Source of the DNA: the human T2T-CHM13v2.0 reference genome, Homo sapiens
Strand: one strand, 5' to 3'
Assembly (NCBI RefSeq): GCF_009914755.1
Contig: NC_060931.1
Length of the DNA: 64,000 nucleotides
Of this stretch, positions 12,350 through 26,790 are shown one piece after another (position 1 is the stretch's first letter; each line of letters opens with the position of its first letter). The notes below the pieces were generated by a model. That model did no database searches and was not told the origin of the DNA. It saw nothing but the letters and a program-made list of their open reading frames with translations. Position numbers and translations under genes: made by a program.

Positions 12350-15085
12350 CAAGAAGTGGAAAAAAAGACAAAAAATAAGCAGAAAGACAAAAGAAGAAAA
12401 GCAGAGAAAATAAAATGATATATGTGAAAATTATTATGTTAGAAAACAGAAGAATATTCATATGGGTTATAAATCTATCAATTGGTTATTTGGGGAAAAA
12501 AGACATCCAAAAGTCAAATAATAAAGAGAAAATACAAATGCATAAAATTAGAAATGGAAAAGGAGATATGAACATAATATGAAGTTTTAGAGAGTAAACA
12601 TGAGAATAAACATGATTATAAAATCCTGCTTGTAAATTTTTAGGTTTTGATAAATTTGATTATTTTTTGGGAAAATAAAGATGGTCAAAACTGGGCTAAT
12701 AAGATGTTTAAAACATGGATAGATTGATGACATTGGAATACATTTTAAATGTTGTCAAAGAATTATCTCAAAAACAAGAATGCGTACTTCCATGACACAG
12801 ACAATTTTAGTGGCAAGTTTTTTTGTGCTGTATAAATATCCAACAGTGAAATGAAAAGCGTCCTGAATTCATTTTTCAAAGATAGCAAAATTCTTATATA
12901 AATCCTGGCTGAAATAGTATAAAAAAATTATAAACCATCCTCATTTATACCTATCAATGCATTATATTGTAAATAAAATGCTACCTAATCAAATCATGCA
13001 GAATATTGAAAGAATATTACATCTTAATTTTAATAAAGATTTATGTCAGAAATGAGATACTGGCTTAATATAGGATACTGTTAATATAATTTGTCACATC
13101 AATAGGTTCAAGGACAGGAAAAAATATTCATCTTGATGATCTTCTAGGAGATGCTGATAAAATCTTTTTAGTGGATTAGGAATAAAATGATTACTTTTTA
13201 ACTTGGTAAATATTCTGTCTTTTAAACTAAAACCTAACATCAGACATTAGGATAAAACAATCAAAAGAAGCCTATTAAACTGAAGAATAAGGCAGGAGAG
13301 CCCATTTCCCCATCTTAACCCTGATCTATAAGTTTTAAATGATGCAATAAGATAAGAAAAACATAAGCAGTAATAGATACATTGCCAAAAGGCAGATAAA
13401 AATTATTGTAATTTGTAGACCTTTTTCTTTTCTACCTAAAAAATTCAAGAGAATAAACTGAAAACACTAGTGCTACCATTGAAAGAGTTTGTACTAAATT
13501 GGCTAGTCATAGCACAAAAATATTAGCCAATTGATGTTCTATACGTTGGCAATAAAAGATTTGAAAACATAGGGGAGAAAAGACTGCAATTATTATAGTA
13601 CATAAAATATCTTGGAATCAATTTTAGAAATGTGAAGAACTTGTATAACAAAACAGTGTTTTAAAATTTAATTAAATGAAAAGATTTGCCATACTCTCAG
13701 ATTTGAAGTCTCAATATTATCAAGGTAATACTTTTCCTATAATTAATTTAAAACATAATGTAATTCCAACCAAAATCATTTCAGGGCAATTTTGGAACTT
13801 GACCAGGTGATTCTAAATTGGAGAAACAACAAATGAGTGAAAATAGATGAAAATTTTTGTAAAATAAAATTTGGTTGTTGTATTTGCTCCACCAAACCAC
13901 AGGTAGTATAAATAAATATTAAATCGAACAGTGTGAGAAAGGTAGATCAACGTAACAAAAAATGGAAAAACAAAATATTTTATAAAAAATTGATTTCATG
14001 TTGATTAATTTATAATGTTAAAATGTTTTATACTACTTTAGTATATGATAGAACATACATTTCACATGGGCTATTGAGTGAAGGGTGCCGGACACTAGGT
14101 TACTATTTGGAAAAGAAGAGTTATAGTCTACTTCCCATCAGACACCACCATGTTTAAAAAACCATAAAAAAATTGGAGAGAAAAAACCAGAGCAATTTTT
14201 ATCTGATCTTAGAATGGGAAAGACCTTTCAAAACATAACAAAGAAAACCTACAAATGCACACATTATTAGGTTTGACTGTATTAAAATTAAATGTTTGCA
14301 CATTAAAAATAAGATTTCAAGTTAAAATGCAAACAGAATGTACTGGAAAAATATTCCAGTATGGCAGACCAAGAGTTAAAAACCTTAAATATAAAAGTGC
14401 TCTTAAGGATCAATAAAACAATGTTGAATATCCAGGGAGAAAAATTAGCAAACAGTGTCAACAGACAATTACCAAAAGTAAGACCAATGGCCAACAAAAA
14501 TAAGTGAAATGTTGAACCCCACTAGTGATTAAATAATTCACAGTAAAATTAAAAAAAAAATTTTCAATGCTCAAATTGGCAGAGATAGAACAGTGAGATA
14601 ACAGTCAGTCAGGTTTGACAAAGGTTGAGTAATACAAACATTCGCCTATACAGCTATGAGTAAATTGGTATAATTTTCTGGGAGTAATTTTATGACTTTT
14701 TATCAAGATTCTTAATGTTTAAACCATTTGACCCAGCAATAAACCTGTCCTAGGAATTTATCCTAAAGAAATAATAAAAAGCTACATAGTAGAATTTTTT
14801 TTTAACTGCAATGCTCTATATAATACCAAAAGACGGAGACAACACAAACAGCTAAAATAGGAAACTGTCCAGTAAGGAAAGCCCTGTTCGTGGGTGGAAT
14901 GCCACAGCCATAATTTTGAAGATGATCTAATGAGTTGGAAAATTTGCATAATGTGTTGATACGGGAAAGAAGGATGTTGCTCATAAGAAATTGTGCAAAC
15001 CCCATGTTGTAAGATAAATCTTTTATATATATATCAAGTCCATAACGTAGTCATTATTTAGTTCTAGATGATGAGGTGAAGGGTG
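12350..15085 (+). mobile_element. Ancient L1 (L1ME-like) ORF2/3'UTR remnant
   Basis: 2.7 kb AT-rich island without long ORFs. L1 ORF2-like stretches (TGCAATAAGATAAGAAAAA, TTTTGGAACTTGACCAGGTGATTCTAAA, CCATTTGACCCAGCAAT...CTAGGAATTTATCCTAAAGAAATAAT). Confidence 0.85.
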
Positions 15086-15103
15086 ATTGAAAGTGACCTT
15101 TCT

Positions 15104-15478
<375 letters not shown>

Positions 15479-16314
15479 TCATGAGACTCAACGAGGAACT
15501 CTGTGGACTGAAATGGAGACAGTAAATTGTCTGAGAGGACAGCTGGACACACGAGACCCGTTCGTTCTTTAGGCCTACATGACGCACGCCCAGGCTGGAG
15601 AAGAACTGTTCAGATGTGTTCTCACCCTGCTGTGGGGAGCCCTTGGTGCGGGGACCAGCAGCGCCCCAGAAGACTGGAACCGGCTGAGCATCATTCCTCG
15701 CCTCTCACCAAGAGGTGCAGGGCAGGGGTGGAGCTCATGCCAGGAGGTGAGGGGCAGGGGTGGAGTCAGCCTCTCTGTGGAAGAGGGGCTCTGAGTGTGT
15801 GGGAGGTTGGGAGGGGACTCCCGCTCCCTCCATTTTCTGTTCCTAGCCCTGGGACGTGGCTGTGGACAGGTTTGGGCTTAGGTGAGCTAATTCCTCCAGA
15901 GAGCAAAAGGCTTCCTTGGAGAATATTTTTTATTATCTTGGGTATTGGGAATGCCCAATACGTATTTATGTTATTTAATACTGAAGTTGCAGAAGGTGTA
16001 AGAGAAAGAGCTGCAGCATCTTAGAGCTTGCAGAGGCGTGGGAATTACCCAGCTCACTCTGTTCCCATTCAGCGCCGGTGTTCGTTCCGGGACACCTTGA
16101 GCTGACTGCACACTTTGAGTAGAAGTGTAGCACTTTCAGAGGAGTGCTTCTCAAGTTTAGTATCCAGAAATTCTGCATTGCAACCCAACTCTCTGGAGCT
16201 GGGGGCGTGTCACTCTCTGGTGGCTTTTCACCTTATCCCTGGACACCTGGCCTACCGCTCCCACATGCTAGCCTCAGCTCAGCAGGAGGTCTTTTTTTTA
16301 GCACAATGATACTA

Positions 16315-16500
16315 ATCACAATAATTTAGCAAATTTGTTGAGTGCTTACTTAGGGACAGGCATTGTGATTTACATAATTACCTCATTTAGAGAAAGTTTA
16401 TATTGTATAGATGAGAAAACAGAGATTCAGAGAGGTTCAGTAGCTGTTTAAAGTCACACGGTTAAATGGCAGATTGGAGAATGGGCTGCAAACCCCACCT
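16315..16500 (-). mobile_element. MIR
   Basis: TTTGTTGAGTGCTTAC...ATAGATGAGAAAACAGAGATTCAGAGAGGTTCAGTAGC...AAAGTCACAC. Confidence 0.75.
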
Positions 16501-19169
16501 GCTGACCACATGCCTCAGTACATCCCTCACTGCGATGAGCGTTTTTGTCTAGTCTAGGCATTCTCTTTGGGAGTCACCTAGTGTTCTCAAGAGTTAGTCT
16601 TCAAGGGGTCCGGGGCTGAACCCAGTATGCGGAATTTGGTTTGACCAGCTGTAGTCTGAATGTTAAATTCTATTGATGTAGCCCAAACTTGTGTTTTAAA
16701 CATTGCATTCTATTTTGCAGACCTCTCACATCTGCCATCAGGTTCCCTGGGTCTTCTTCACATGTCCTAAATCATCTAGGCTCTTCTCCAGCTTACAGTT
16801 GAGTTCAGGATGTTGTATTTGTGCTAGATAAATTCCATCTTTTAAGTTCTTCTGTAGATCTCATCTATTTGCATGCTTCCTTAACATTTTTGATCTGGTC
16901 ATTTGAATATGAGCTGTATCTTAAGCCTTTGATCAATCTTACATTTTAGGAATGGGCTGACATCTTTGACATTGGTAAGATATTGAGGAGTGATGCTTGG
17001 AGGATGGGACCAGCCACACCAAGGCGTCCTCCAAGGGACACGAGTCCATGACCAGCACCCGGTTCCATCCTGTGGCCCTTTCCTCTCCTGTGCGGGTCCT
17101 CCTTCTGTCTTCTGAAATGTCCCAAGATGGGGGCTGTGTCTGTGGCTATCCTGGAAGCGGTGCTCAGTCCACCACATGAGTCTGTTTAAATGATGTTTCT
17201 CAACTTCTCATCAGAGTAGGATGAAGACAGGGTATCACTTAAGCCTTTGGTTAGTGAGTTTTGTGGCTGCAGCAATCTGAACTGGTACACTTCCTGCTGG
17301 ACCAAAGGTCTACTTAGTGGATGCTCAAGGCCACCACCCTCACCACTCTGGGAGTTCCCTTGGCTTTCCCAATTTGCTTGCCATTCTGTTGGTGCTTTCC
17401 ATCCCCTGCAGGCTCACCACAGACATCTGATGGATGACAAGGATAATATCCAGTCTCTAAGTAGACTGTGTCGCTTCCCAGACACAGCTTGGATTCCACT
17501 TTGTTCTTCACACCAACAGACCCGCATACTTCAAGTGCACATTAAGCCTCTTGCAGTAATGTGCCTGTGGCTTGACCGTAAGGCAGTAAGATGGGTTCCA
17601 GGAGCCACATGCAAAACCCGTCTCCATAATTTTACAGTGAGGTGTCCTACGTATTTAAGTTTATCCTCTGTCAAAAATTATATATTGGGATAACTTCTAA
17701 AGAGCAACTGAAAAAGAAAATTTAAAAAAGATTGCATTTTAAGTACTCGGTAAAATGATGGGGTCCATTAGTGGCCCTCTGTCTTCCCAATCTCTAGAAG
17801 CTCAGTTCTAGAAACTCAAAGCAAGGCAGCTGGAAAATCTAAGATTTGGACTTTTTAGGAACCGGGTTGCCTCAGAATTTAACTTCACATTCATATTGTT
17901 CTTCCCAAGCCCCCACTTAACCGCAACTTCTCAGAGGTCCCCGGACCCAGGAAGGTGGTCCCAATTGTGTCATAGCACAGTGGAAAGTAGAGATGCCAAC
18001 GACACTCACGGAGTGGACAGCCCGGGAGGGTAAATGTGAGAGTTGGCATTGCACTGGTCTTGGCTATTTCAAACCCTTGATCTCCTCTCTGACTCTGAAA
18101 GTGTATTTGACTTTCATTCCTTGGAAACAATGCCACCATCTGGGATATGAAGCCAGGCAGGAAGGAGCCGCCGCTGTGTGCTCTGCCTGGGAATGCTGAC
18201 CATGGGCCTCTGGTACTGTCAGGCCACTGGGGGAGTCAGTGCGGTCCAAGCTCTGCACACAGGTCACCTGGCCAAAGCACTTAGGTTGCTGTTCAGTTTC
18301 CTGAGAGGTGTGCACCTGGGAGGGTCGTAGCCATGTCCCACTGCCAAGGCATCCAGAAAACAGGTGGCTGTCTCTCTCATCTTACATCCGCCATTACCCT
18401 CTCAACTCCGAAGTAAAGAAGTATTGTACAAAGAGAAATCCTTCACAGTTACTTAAGATGCCCCCCCACTCTGAACACTGTATGAGTGGCACCCAGCACC
18501 TACAATTTCAGGATGGACACTCCAGTTGTCCCTCGACCCCCAAACACCCTACCAATGTCACACACTGGCTTTTGCCAAACCCTCTTCAACGGAACATTTC
18601 CCTCTCTCCTTCGGGAAAGCATCATTACGGGAATTACAAATTCATTCCGAATCAGATCCAAATACATTAAAAAAATCAGCCTTGTCATTATCACAGTGTT
18701 TTCTCCCCAGAATCCTGCAGAAAGGCCACATACCATTTCTGGCTGTGTCACTGGTGCTGGCCACACACCAGAGAAAGAGTCCTCTGGCCTTTGGTTTGGA
18801 AGCTGACTCAAGCTATCCATAGTCCATACAGAGAAGCTACTCTGCTGTAGCTGCAGTCCGGGCCTGGTGTGGTGGTCTCCTTTCCTGTTTCTTTGTGGGG
18901 GGGCTGACACATGAGAAGGTGTCCACCCAGAGCTGTCATGGTCGATACCAGGTGATGGGGAGCTGGGAGCTCGGCTGAGGGGAGCTGGGTTAGGCAGGGC
19001 ATCCTGGAGGGGGACACGAGGTAGTTTACAGTGCTCTTGAGCAGGAAAATCCCAGATATCTGTATTCTAGGGTCAGCCTTAATTTTAAGTGAAAGTTAAG
19101 TTCGGTCTTAATTTTCACCAGCACCGGACGTGCCCGAGGCAGGTCACCACCAACCCTCTCTAGGGCTAC

Positions 19170-19300
19170 TGTCGCTCTATATGCACCACTGACCAGTCAC
19201 ATGACCGTGAACGTCCCAAAGCCTCCTTTTCACCATCTGTGAAATGAAGGTTATGACAGTACCTGCCTCACTTGGTTGTCGCTGAGGTAGACGAGGCAAG
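19170..19300 (+). mobile_element. MIR fragment
   Basis: CATCTGTGAAATGAAGGTTATGACAGTACCTGCCTCACTTGGTTGTCGCTGAGG matches the MIR core. Confidence 0.65.
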
Positions 19301-19650
19301 GAGAAATACGCCAAACGTGACCGCGATGGTCGCTACACTACTGTCAGTCAGAAATGGAGGCGTCAGCTGAGGCTGCCTCCAAGGATTCTTCCCAATCGGT
19401 GATTCCGGGGCAGGCGGTGATGGGCTCCCTCCAGTCTCCTGGACGCAGTCAGCTGACCTGAAACAGAAAACTCTCCCACGACAGCGCTCCCTCCCGAGGC
19501 GGGGCAGAGGCGGAGCCCACGGCGGCCACGCGGGCCCTGAAGGAAGGGCTTTCTTCATGTCCTTTCGCCGCTGGGACGGAATGGAGGTGTTTCTGTTTGG
19601 AAGGCCCATGGTGTCTCGGATGAAAGACTCTTCACAGGATCACAGCGAGA
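19280..19650. promoter_or_regulatory. Small CpG-rich patch with CCAAT and tandem GC boxes (candidate promoter/enhancer)
   Basis: Local CpG enrichment. CCAAT at 19392-19396. Sp/KLF-type GAGGCGGGGC at 19496-19505 and GAGGCGGAGC at 19507-19516. Confidence 0.4.
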
Positions 19651-19701
19651 GGATTTTCTGTCCTAATATGAATCAGAATCTACAATAGAAAGGCAGGAGA
19701 C

Positions 19702-19875
19702 AGCCAGGCTTGGGGAGTGTGCCTGTGGTCCCAGCTACTCAGGAGGCTGAGGCGGGAGGGTCGCCTGAGCCCAAGAGGTCAAAGCTGCAGTGAGCTGCTA
19801 TAGCACCACTGCACTCCAGCCTGGGTGACAGAGCAAGACCCTGACGCCCCCCAACCAAAAAAATAAAAATAAAAA
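19702..19875 (+). mobile_element. Alu right-arm monomer (FRAM/AluJo-like)
   Basis: GCCTGTGGTCCCAGCTACTCAGGAGGCTGAGGCGGGAGG...GCTGCAGTGAGC...CCACTGCACTCCAGCCTGGGTGACAGAGCAAGACCCTG plus A-rich tail. Confidence 0.9.
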
Positions 19876-20079
19876 AGAGAGGGGAGAGACTTAAAACCCA
19901 ATTGTTCTGGCACACTTCTGTAGCCACCCAGGAAACTCAGGGCCCAGGAGGCTGAGCATCTCCATCCGGGCCTCTTGGGGATGTAGGGAACACAGCAGGT
20001 CTCCTTGCTCCTGCCCTCTGGCCCACGCTGACTTCACTGCGTGTGTAATAATACCAAATGCATTATTCATCGTGCTTCC

Positions 20080-20710
20080 ATTTATGAAAACCTTTAATTG
20101 TGAAATATAAAGCAAACAAAAAATGCATAAAATTCACAGACAGCATAGTGAATAATTGTAAACAACAGTGTGATTCTCCCACTGACTCAGGGAAGCAGGA
20201 CCCTGCTGTCTCCCCAGAAGTTCTCCTCCCTCCTCGTGAGGAGCCCCATTGCTGACTTCCATGTGGAGCCCTTCCTTGTTTGGCCCTGTAGTTTTGAACA
20301 ATGCATGTGTCTTTAAAATAGGATTTAGTGTTGCTGTTTTTCAAAGATTATAAAGTGGAATTCCACTGTTGATGTTCTTTTGAGTCATTGATTTTGCTAA
20401 ACATGATGTTTTTAAGATTAGTCCATGTTGCTGCCTGCAGTTCTAACTTGTTCATTCGATTGCTGTATATGGGTCTGTCTTTCTAAATGTGCCATCATCT
20501 TGTACTCATTCTGCATTTGATGGCTATTTGAGTCGTTTCCAGCTCTTAGGAGCATCACTGGTCTGCGTGGCCTGTGTATGGGCCTAAGTGTCTCTAGGCT
20601 GTGTTGTCAGCAGTGGAATTGCTGGACCCTAGGATGTGTATTTCCTCAGCTCCCCTAGACAGTCAACTGTTCTCTAAGATGCTTGTACCAATTTTCCCTC
20701 TGCTATGGTC
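20080..20710 (-). mobile_element. Ancient L1 (L1ME-like) 3' fragment
   Basis: TTTAAGATTAGTCCATGTTGCTG...TTGTTCATT...AGTGGAATTGCTGG...TTGTACCAATTT typical of reverse L1M 3' region. Confidence 0.75.
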
Positions 20711-20744
20711 TGCATGATTGTTTAACAATACCTGGTGCCCCTCC

Positions 20745-21000
20745 TGTGAAAGGATTACACATTTCCACCTTGCTGGACCTGAGAGTGGCTGTGTGACTTG
20801 CCTGAGTCAATGAAATATGTGTGGCAGTGGCCTGTGTCACTTTGGGGCAGAAGCTCCAAGAGCCAGCACATCACACTCTTTTCCTCGCCCCCGTGATCCT
20901 GAAAGCATGCGCAGAGATGGGCAGGCTCCCACCCTGGGTCCCTGAGCAGAGCTCCTGTCTGCCATGGTGGCCAGGCAGAGTAAGCAGGGACAGAAGTGGC
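20745..21000 (+). mobile_element. Old MLT1 LTR fragment (MLT1I/J-like)
   Basis: TGGCTGTGTGACTTGCCTGAGTCAATGAAATATGTGTGGCAGTGGCCTGTGTCACTTTGGGGCAGAAGCT. Confidence 0.6.
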
Positions 21001-23477
21001 TGCTGGACCAGTCCCGTCCCGACCCACCCGCATGCCTAGGCCAGGGCTTGGGTGATCCCTCGCTGCTACTTCCCACGTGGTTTCCAGGCTCCTGTATGGC
21101 CTCTGCAGCTCCTCTTCCTGTTCTTGGTATGAGCTGCCCCCAAGACAGTGGGCTGGGGTGTCCTGTTGGTGTCTCTCCTTCCTTCTTGCTTCCTTTCCTA
21201 TTTGTCTTTCACTTTCCTGCCCTGTGATTGCATCAGGCCCTGGACTCCTAATGGTGGTGCCCCGTGCTGTATTCCAGGTGATGCCATGGGTGGCCCGTCC
21301 GTCCAAGGAATGACCGGTGTGATCTGAGACATAGGCTGGAGGGTGCAAGGGACGCGCTTTCAAGAAAGGGAGTCAAAGAGCCTTCTGCTGGGCCTGGAGG
21401 AGGACAGCCCCTCAGTCCCTGTGGGGCTCACTTGACTTCATGAGGTGCCCCATTCATTTCTGTTCCTGCTGGAAATCCTATCTGATTAGGAAAACGTCTA
21501 AAGAATTGGATGTCAACAGCAGGTTCTTAGAGGCTGGGTAGCCCTGAAGGTGCTGTGAGGGAGAGGGATTTGCCGGGGGTGGGTGGGTTTGGTTTGAGTG
21601 GTCTGGGAAGCTTACTCAGGGGGTTTTGTATTTGTTAAGGAAGACTGCTTTCCAGCCCCCCAGCCCCGCGCTGTGCTCGTCTGCTGCTGGAGCAGAGGCC
21701 TGGCCATCCACTCTGGGCGTCCGGAGGCAGAGCTGACATTCAGCAGGGCAGCAAGTGGCTGACAGCAAGGACGGATGGGGAAATGTCAGCTTGCTCAGCA
21801 CACGGGGCTCTCGGCTACCTACAGGGTAGCTCCTGGTTCTGCCCTTGCTGTGATGTTGGTTTGCGGGAGAGTGTGGGGGACAGCCCTTCCTAGGCACCTG
21901 TGCCTGCACCCATTCACCACCTTCTCAGCCCTCGTGGGTGAACAGGTACCAGAGACACTTTCAACAAGGAACAAATAAAACTCTGTCTCTATCAAGAGGG
22001 GCTGTCCTAAGGCCTGGCCCCTTCAGGCCGGTTCCCCGGAGCCGGGAGCCCAGTAGCAAAGAGCACACTTGCTGGGAGAGGGTTTCTAAATGGGGTTGTG
22101 CCCTTTATGCACAGGCGTGAAGACCCCTGATGTAGTGGCACTGTATGGCACAGGAGGTGAGATGCAGAGGTCACACCACACAGCTAGAGCAACGGGAGAC
22201 TGAGTTGAGCCCCAGAGGGGGGCCGTGGGTCAGGAAGGGGCAGGCCCCTCGTAGGGCCCCTGGAGCCCGTCATAGAGGCTGGTGGCATTCTCTTGGGTTG
22301 ACTTCAGCTCTGGACTGCTTGAGGCTTCAGAGGCCACACAGCTGTTGGGCACCTGCTCTGCCTGTGTTCGCCCTTGGTTCCTGCGAATGCCTTGTTGCTG
22401 GGTGTGCCTGCGGTGGCAGAAGTGTCGCGGGGATTGCAGTGATGGGGAGACGCTGTGGACTTTCAGGTGCCTCAAAGCTTGTGCAAGGAGGGGGTGTCCC
22501 AGGAAGGATGCAGATGGAGGCAGCAGCCATCCTTGTGCTTAAAGTTGGTACAAACCAGAGGGGCCAGGCAGGCCTAGGGACACCTGGCAGGGCCAGGCCG
22601 GTGCCACAAGCTCTGGCCAGAGCCTGAGGAGCTGGGCCTTACACGGAGCCTGTGGATGCTGCCTGGAGTCCTGGAAAGCCGTAGGGTGAGGTCGCTCCTT
22701 GGCCTCAAATATTTTCCAGCCTAGTCTAGCAGTTCATCCTGTGGCTGAGTCTTCTCAGCGTGGGCCTCTGTGCCCCCTCCTCCGTCCTGGGTGCCCTGTG
22801 AGCACGCTGCTTCCTGGAAGACCCATGAATGCTCCTGCACTTCCTGCGGCCCCCAGCCCACACCCAGGAGCTGCCTTTCTTCCCCGAGTGTTTGCTCCCA
22901 GCTCTGCCCTGGGTTTGGTAGCTGCTCCATAGAACTGCTTTGTTCTGCGTGGAGCCCGTGTACCGCCCCACCATTGTGGACAAGTCACAAAAGCACAGCC
23001 CTGAGTCACCACTGCCTGGCCGGGCCTCCTGCCCTTCCCTTCCCAGGGCTGTGAGCTCATCCCGCCTCCCGTTTCCTCTCGGCACACGCTGGGCTATTCG
23101 ATGATTAGACTTGTGTTTCTCTTTTGATTCTCTTCTTTTCTCTTCCCTCCTCCTCCCCCATCCTTTTCCTTCTTCCTTTGGCGTTGGTGGGGGCGGGAGG
23201 GATGAGGTGTTAGGGAAGTGAGCAAGGCACCCTGAAAACAGCCCCCCGATTCTACAGAGTCAGAGTGGGGCCTGTGAGTGCACGCCGGGCAGAAGGGACA
23301 GACGTCCTGGGAAGCAGGCTTGGGGGTTTCAGTTCTGGGAAGGAGGTTGGATTGAGTGGCCTTGAAGCTTCCTTCCCTTCCTCAGACACTGAGGGTCCTG
23401 GGGAGTTGTGTGGCTTTGCTCATTCCAAGGTGAAGATGCTCTGAGGGAGGTGAGTAGCAGAAATCCATGAGTCCCCG

Positions 23478-23800
23478 TTCATTCATTCACTCATTCATTC
23501 ACTCATTCATTCACTCATTCATTCACTCTGTCGATATTTATCAGACCCTGTGCTGGACACGGGATGTAGAGTGGGCAACACTGCCCTGTGTCACGGAGGG
23601 TGCAGCCTGGTGAGGGAAGCGCATCCCCGTAGGTGACAAACATGGGTAAGCGTGTGCAGGCGTGGAGAGGGCGTGGGGTGAGGGACGCCCACCCCTGTGG
23701 GTGAGAAAATGGGCAAGCATGCGCAGACGTGGAGAGGGTGTGGGGGAGCAGAATGTGGTTTTACGGGTGCGATCACAGGGAGGACAGACTGGAATGGAAG
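23478..23800 (-). mobile_element. L2 3' end with (TCATTCATTCAC)4 tail repeat
   Basis: ATTC-based repeat 23478-23527 followed by ATATTTAT...CCCTGTGCTGGACAC, the typical reverse L2 terminus. Inner boundary uncertain. Confidence 0.6.
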
Positions 23801-24747
23801 GCTTAGCCCGGAGGTGGTCCTGTTCACCTGAGCGAGAGGGCGTCTGCTGGCTCCTTTCCCTGACAAGGCCAACTCGGAGGGCAGGCTGGGAGCCTGGGGT
23901 GGGGCTGGCGGGGTGAAGGGGCTCAGAGGGACGCCTGCGTTCTTCATGATCTTCCCATCCAAGACTTGCTGCACGTTGGCTTCTTCCAGGCTCCACATCA
24001 CGGGCAGACCCATGCAGCTCCGCTGAGGGCGTGCGCCTGGTATGGGTGCCCTGCCGCCACGTACAGCTGAGGGAGGCCGTGGGAGCCTCCCTGGACTCAT
24101 CTCTGCCTCTGTTTCTTCCCCGTGAGACATGGGAGCTGAGACCTGCCGACTGGCTGTGCTCCTGCAGGGATTGGAAAGGGCTTAACCCAGATTGGCAGAG
24201 AGCGCTGAGTGTGACTCCAGCACCCCGGGCGTCCTGATTTTGCGAAGCACTTTGGAGCTGCCAGACCCGCTCAGGGACTGCACAATCGCTCATGCAGCTC
24301 GCACAGTCAAGCACGTGGTCCTCGTCCCTGGCCTGGTGTCTCCTCCAGGGACTGCAGTTCCCAGGCCCAGGAAGCCACTCGGTTTCTGCCTGAGAGCGTT
24401 CTTTTGACCTCTTCTCTCTGGGTCTCTTCTCCCTCAAGGGCGACCCAGATGGTTCACCCCTGGTCTTCCCCTGTCCTGCCACGGCTGCACTGTGGGCTGG
24501 GGGTGGAAGGAATTCCGACTGTGCAGGAGAGAGCTGCGTGGCCAGGTCGGACAGGAGGCGTGCCGAGCCAGGGCTGGAGCTTCTGCACTTGGCTGTGGCT
24601 CCCCCGGTGTGGAGGGGTGTCGGCCTGGGCCCCTGGTCTTGAGGGGGCCAGGCAGAGGCGGCAGTGGTGGGGTGTGAGGACTGGGGGCCAGGCCAACCTA
24701 CCAACCGCCCTTCCAGGGCTGGGCTGCTTTGGCCCTTGCTGTTTTAT

Positions 24748-25708
<961 letters not shown>

Positions 25709-26394
25709 TAGGGTCTTCTCTGTCTCCTGTGGGTCCCATCAGTCAATGCCTAGTCACCCTATAAATCTAACTTTCTATACTAACCCCAGCCCCCTAGACC
25801 TTAGAAGTACGTGGAGCTTTTGCTTTCTTTGTTTTATAAAACCAGGCCTGCCATTCAGCTAACTTAGTTAAGCTGGAAGTTTAGGAACCTCACTTTGCCA
25901 GAGATTACCATGAAGAGCCTAGGTTTTGCTTTTTTCTTTGAGGACAACTTTTTAACTATGTGAAACTGAATTTCCATGTACATAATAAACCCATGTCACA
26001 TTACTGGTCATTGTTATTTATTGATTGTTGCCCAGCAACTCTGATCTTGTTGCTCTTCTGTTTGGGACCCAGACAATGCAAGTGGTGGAGGGATTTTCCT
26101 TGTCAGGTCTTTCAGGCTGAAGTGTGGGCACATTTGATTGTGGTGAGGGGAACGCACAGATGGTGGCATGCTTGCTGCCCCAGGGTGTCACTGCTGAAAG
26201 CCCTTGGGTGTGTGGGCTGTACCGGCAAAGGGACTTGATCAGGGGAGTGTCAGTGACAACAGTGACGAGGACAGCTGCCCCTCCTTAGTGCATCACTTGG
26301 TGAACAGGAAGGACTTTCACACACGTCTTGCCGAGGGCCCTCTGAATTGGATGGCATCATTGCGACTTTATAAGGGTGAAATGACTTTCCCAAC

Positions 26395-26499
26395 TAGAGT
26401 GACCAACTCACCCCAGTTTGCCTGGACTTTCTGAGTTTTAGCAAGGAACGTCTCGCATACTGGGAAGCCTCTCAGTCCCAGCTCACGGGTCACAGACTA
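26395..26499. mobile_element. MER81-like hAT-Blackjack MITE
   Basis: TAGAGTGACCAACTCACCCCAGTTTGCCTGGACTTTCTGAGTTTTAGCA...CTCAGTCCCAG...GGTCAC..CTA matches the recalled MER81 consensus with degraded TIRs. Confidence 0.7.
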
Positions 26500-26629
26500 C
26501 TTAGTGATAGGCTGGGCCTTGAACTGCAGACGTTTTCACTGTAGCACCTCCGCCTCTGTACTCGGAACTGTCCACTGAGGGCTGCCTGGGAGTCACTTTT
26601 GGTGCTAACCCCTTTTTTTGTTTGTTTGT

Positions 26630-26790
26630 AATCACACTTTCAACTCTTACCACGTCCCTAGGAGAAGGAAGTCTTGCTATTTCCATTTAATGGGAGAGGA
26701 CCCGAGGCTTGTAATCGATGGATAGCTCACTCATGCAGCCAGGAGAGGCAAGGTTTGAGCTCAGCCCCGACTCCAAAGCTCTGGCTTGAA
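26630..26790 (-). mobile_element. MIR fragment
   Basis: TATTTCCATTTAATGGGAGAGGACCCGAGGCT...GGTTTGAGCTCAG..GACTCCAAAGCTC. Confidence 0.5.

Noticed and set aside
23541-24704. 387-aa minus-strand ORF
   Set aside because: GC-rich DNA with ORFs in several overlapping frames, non-ATG start, partly within an L2 remnant, no recognisable domain.
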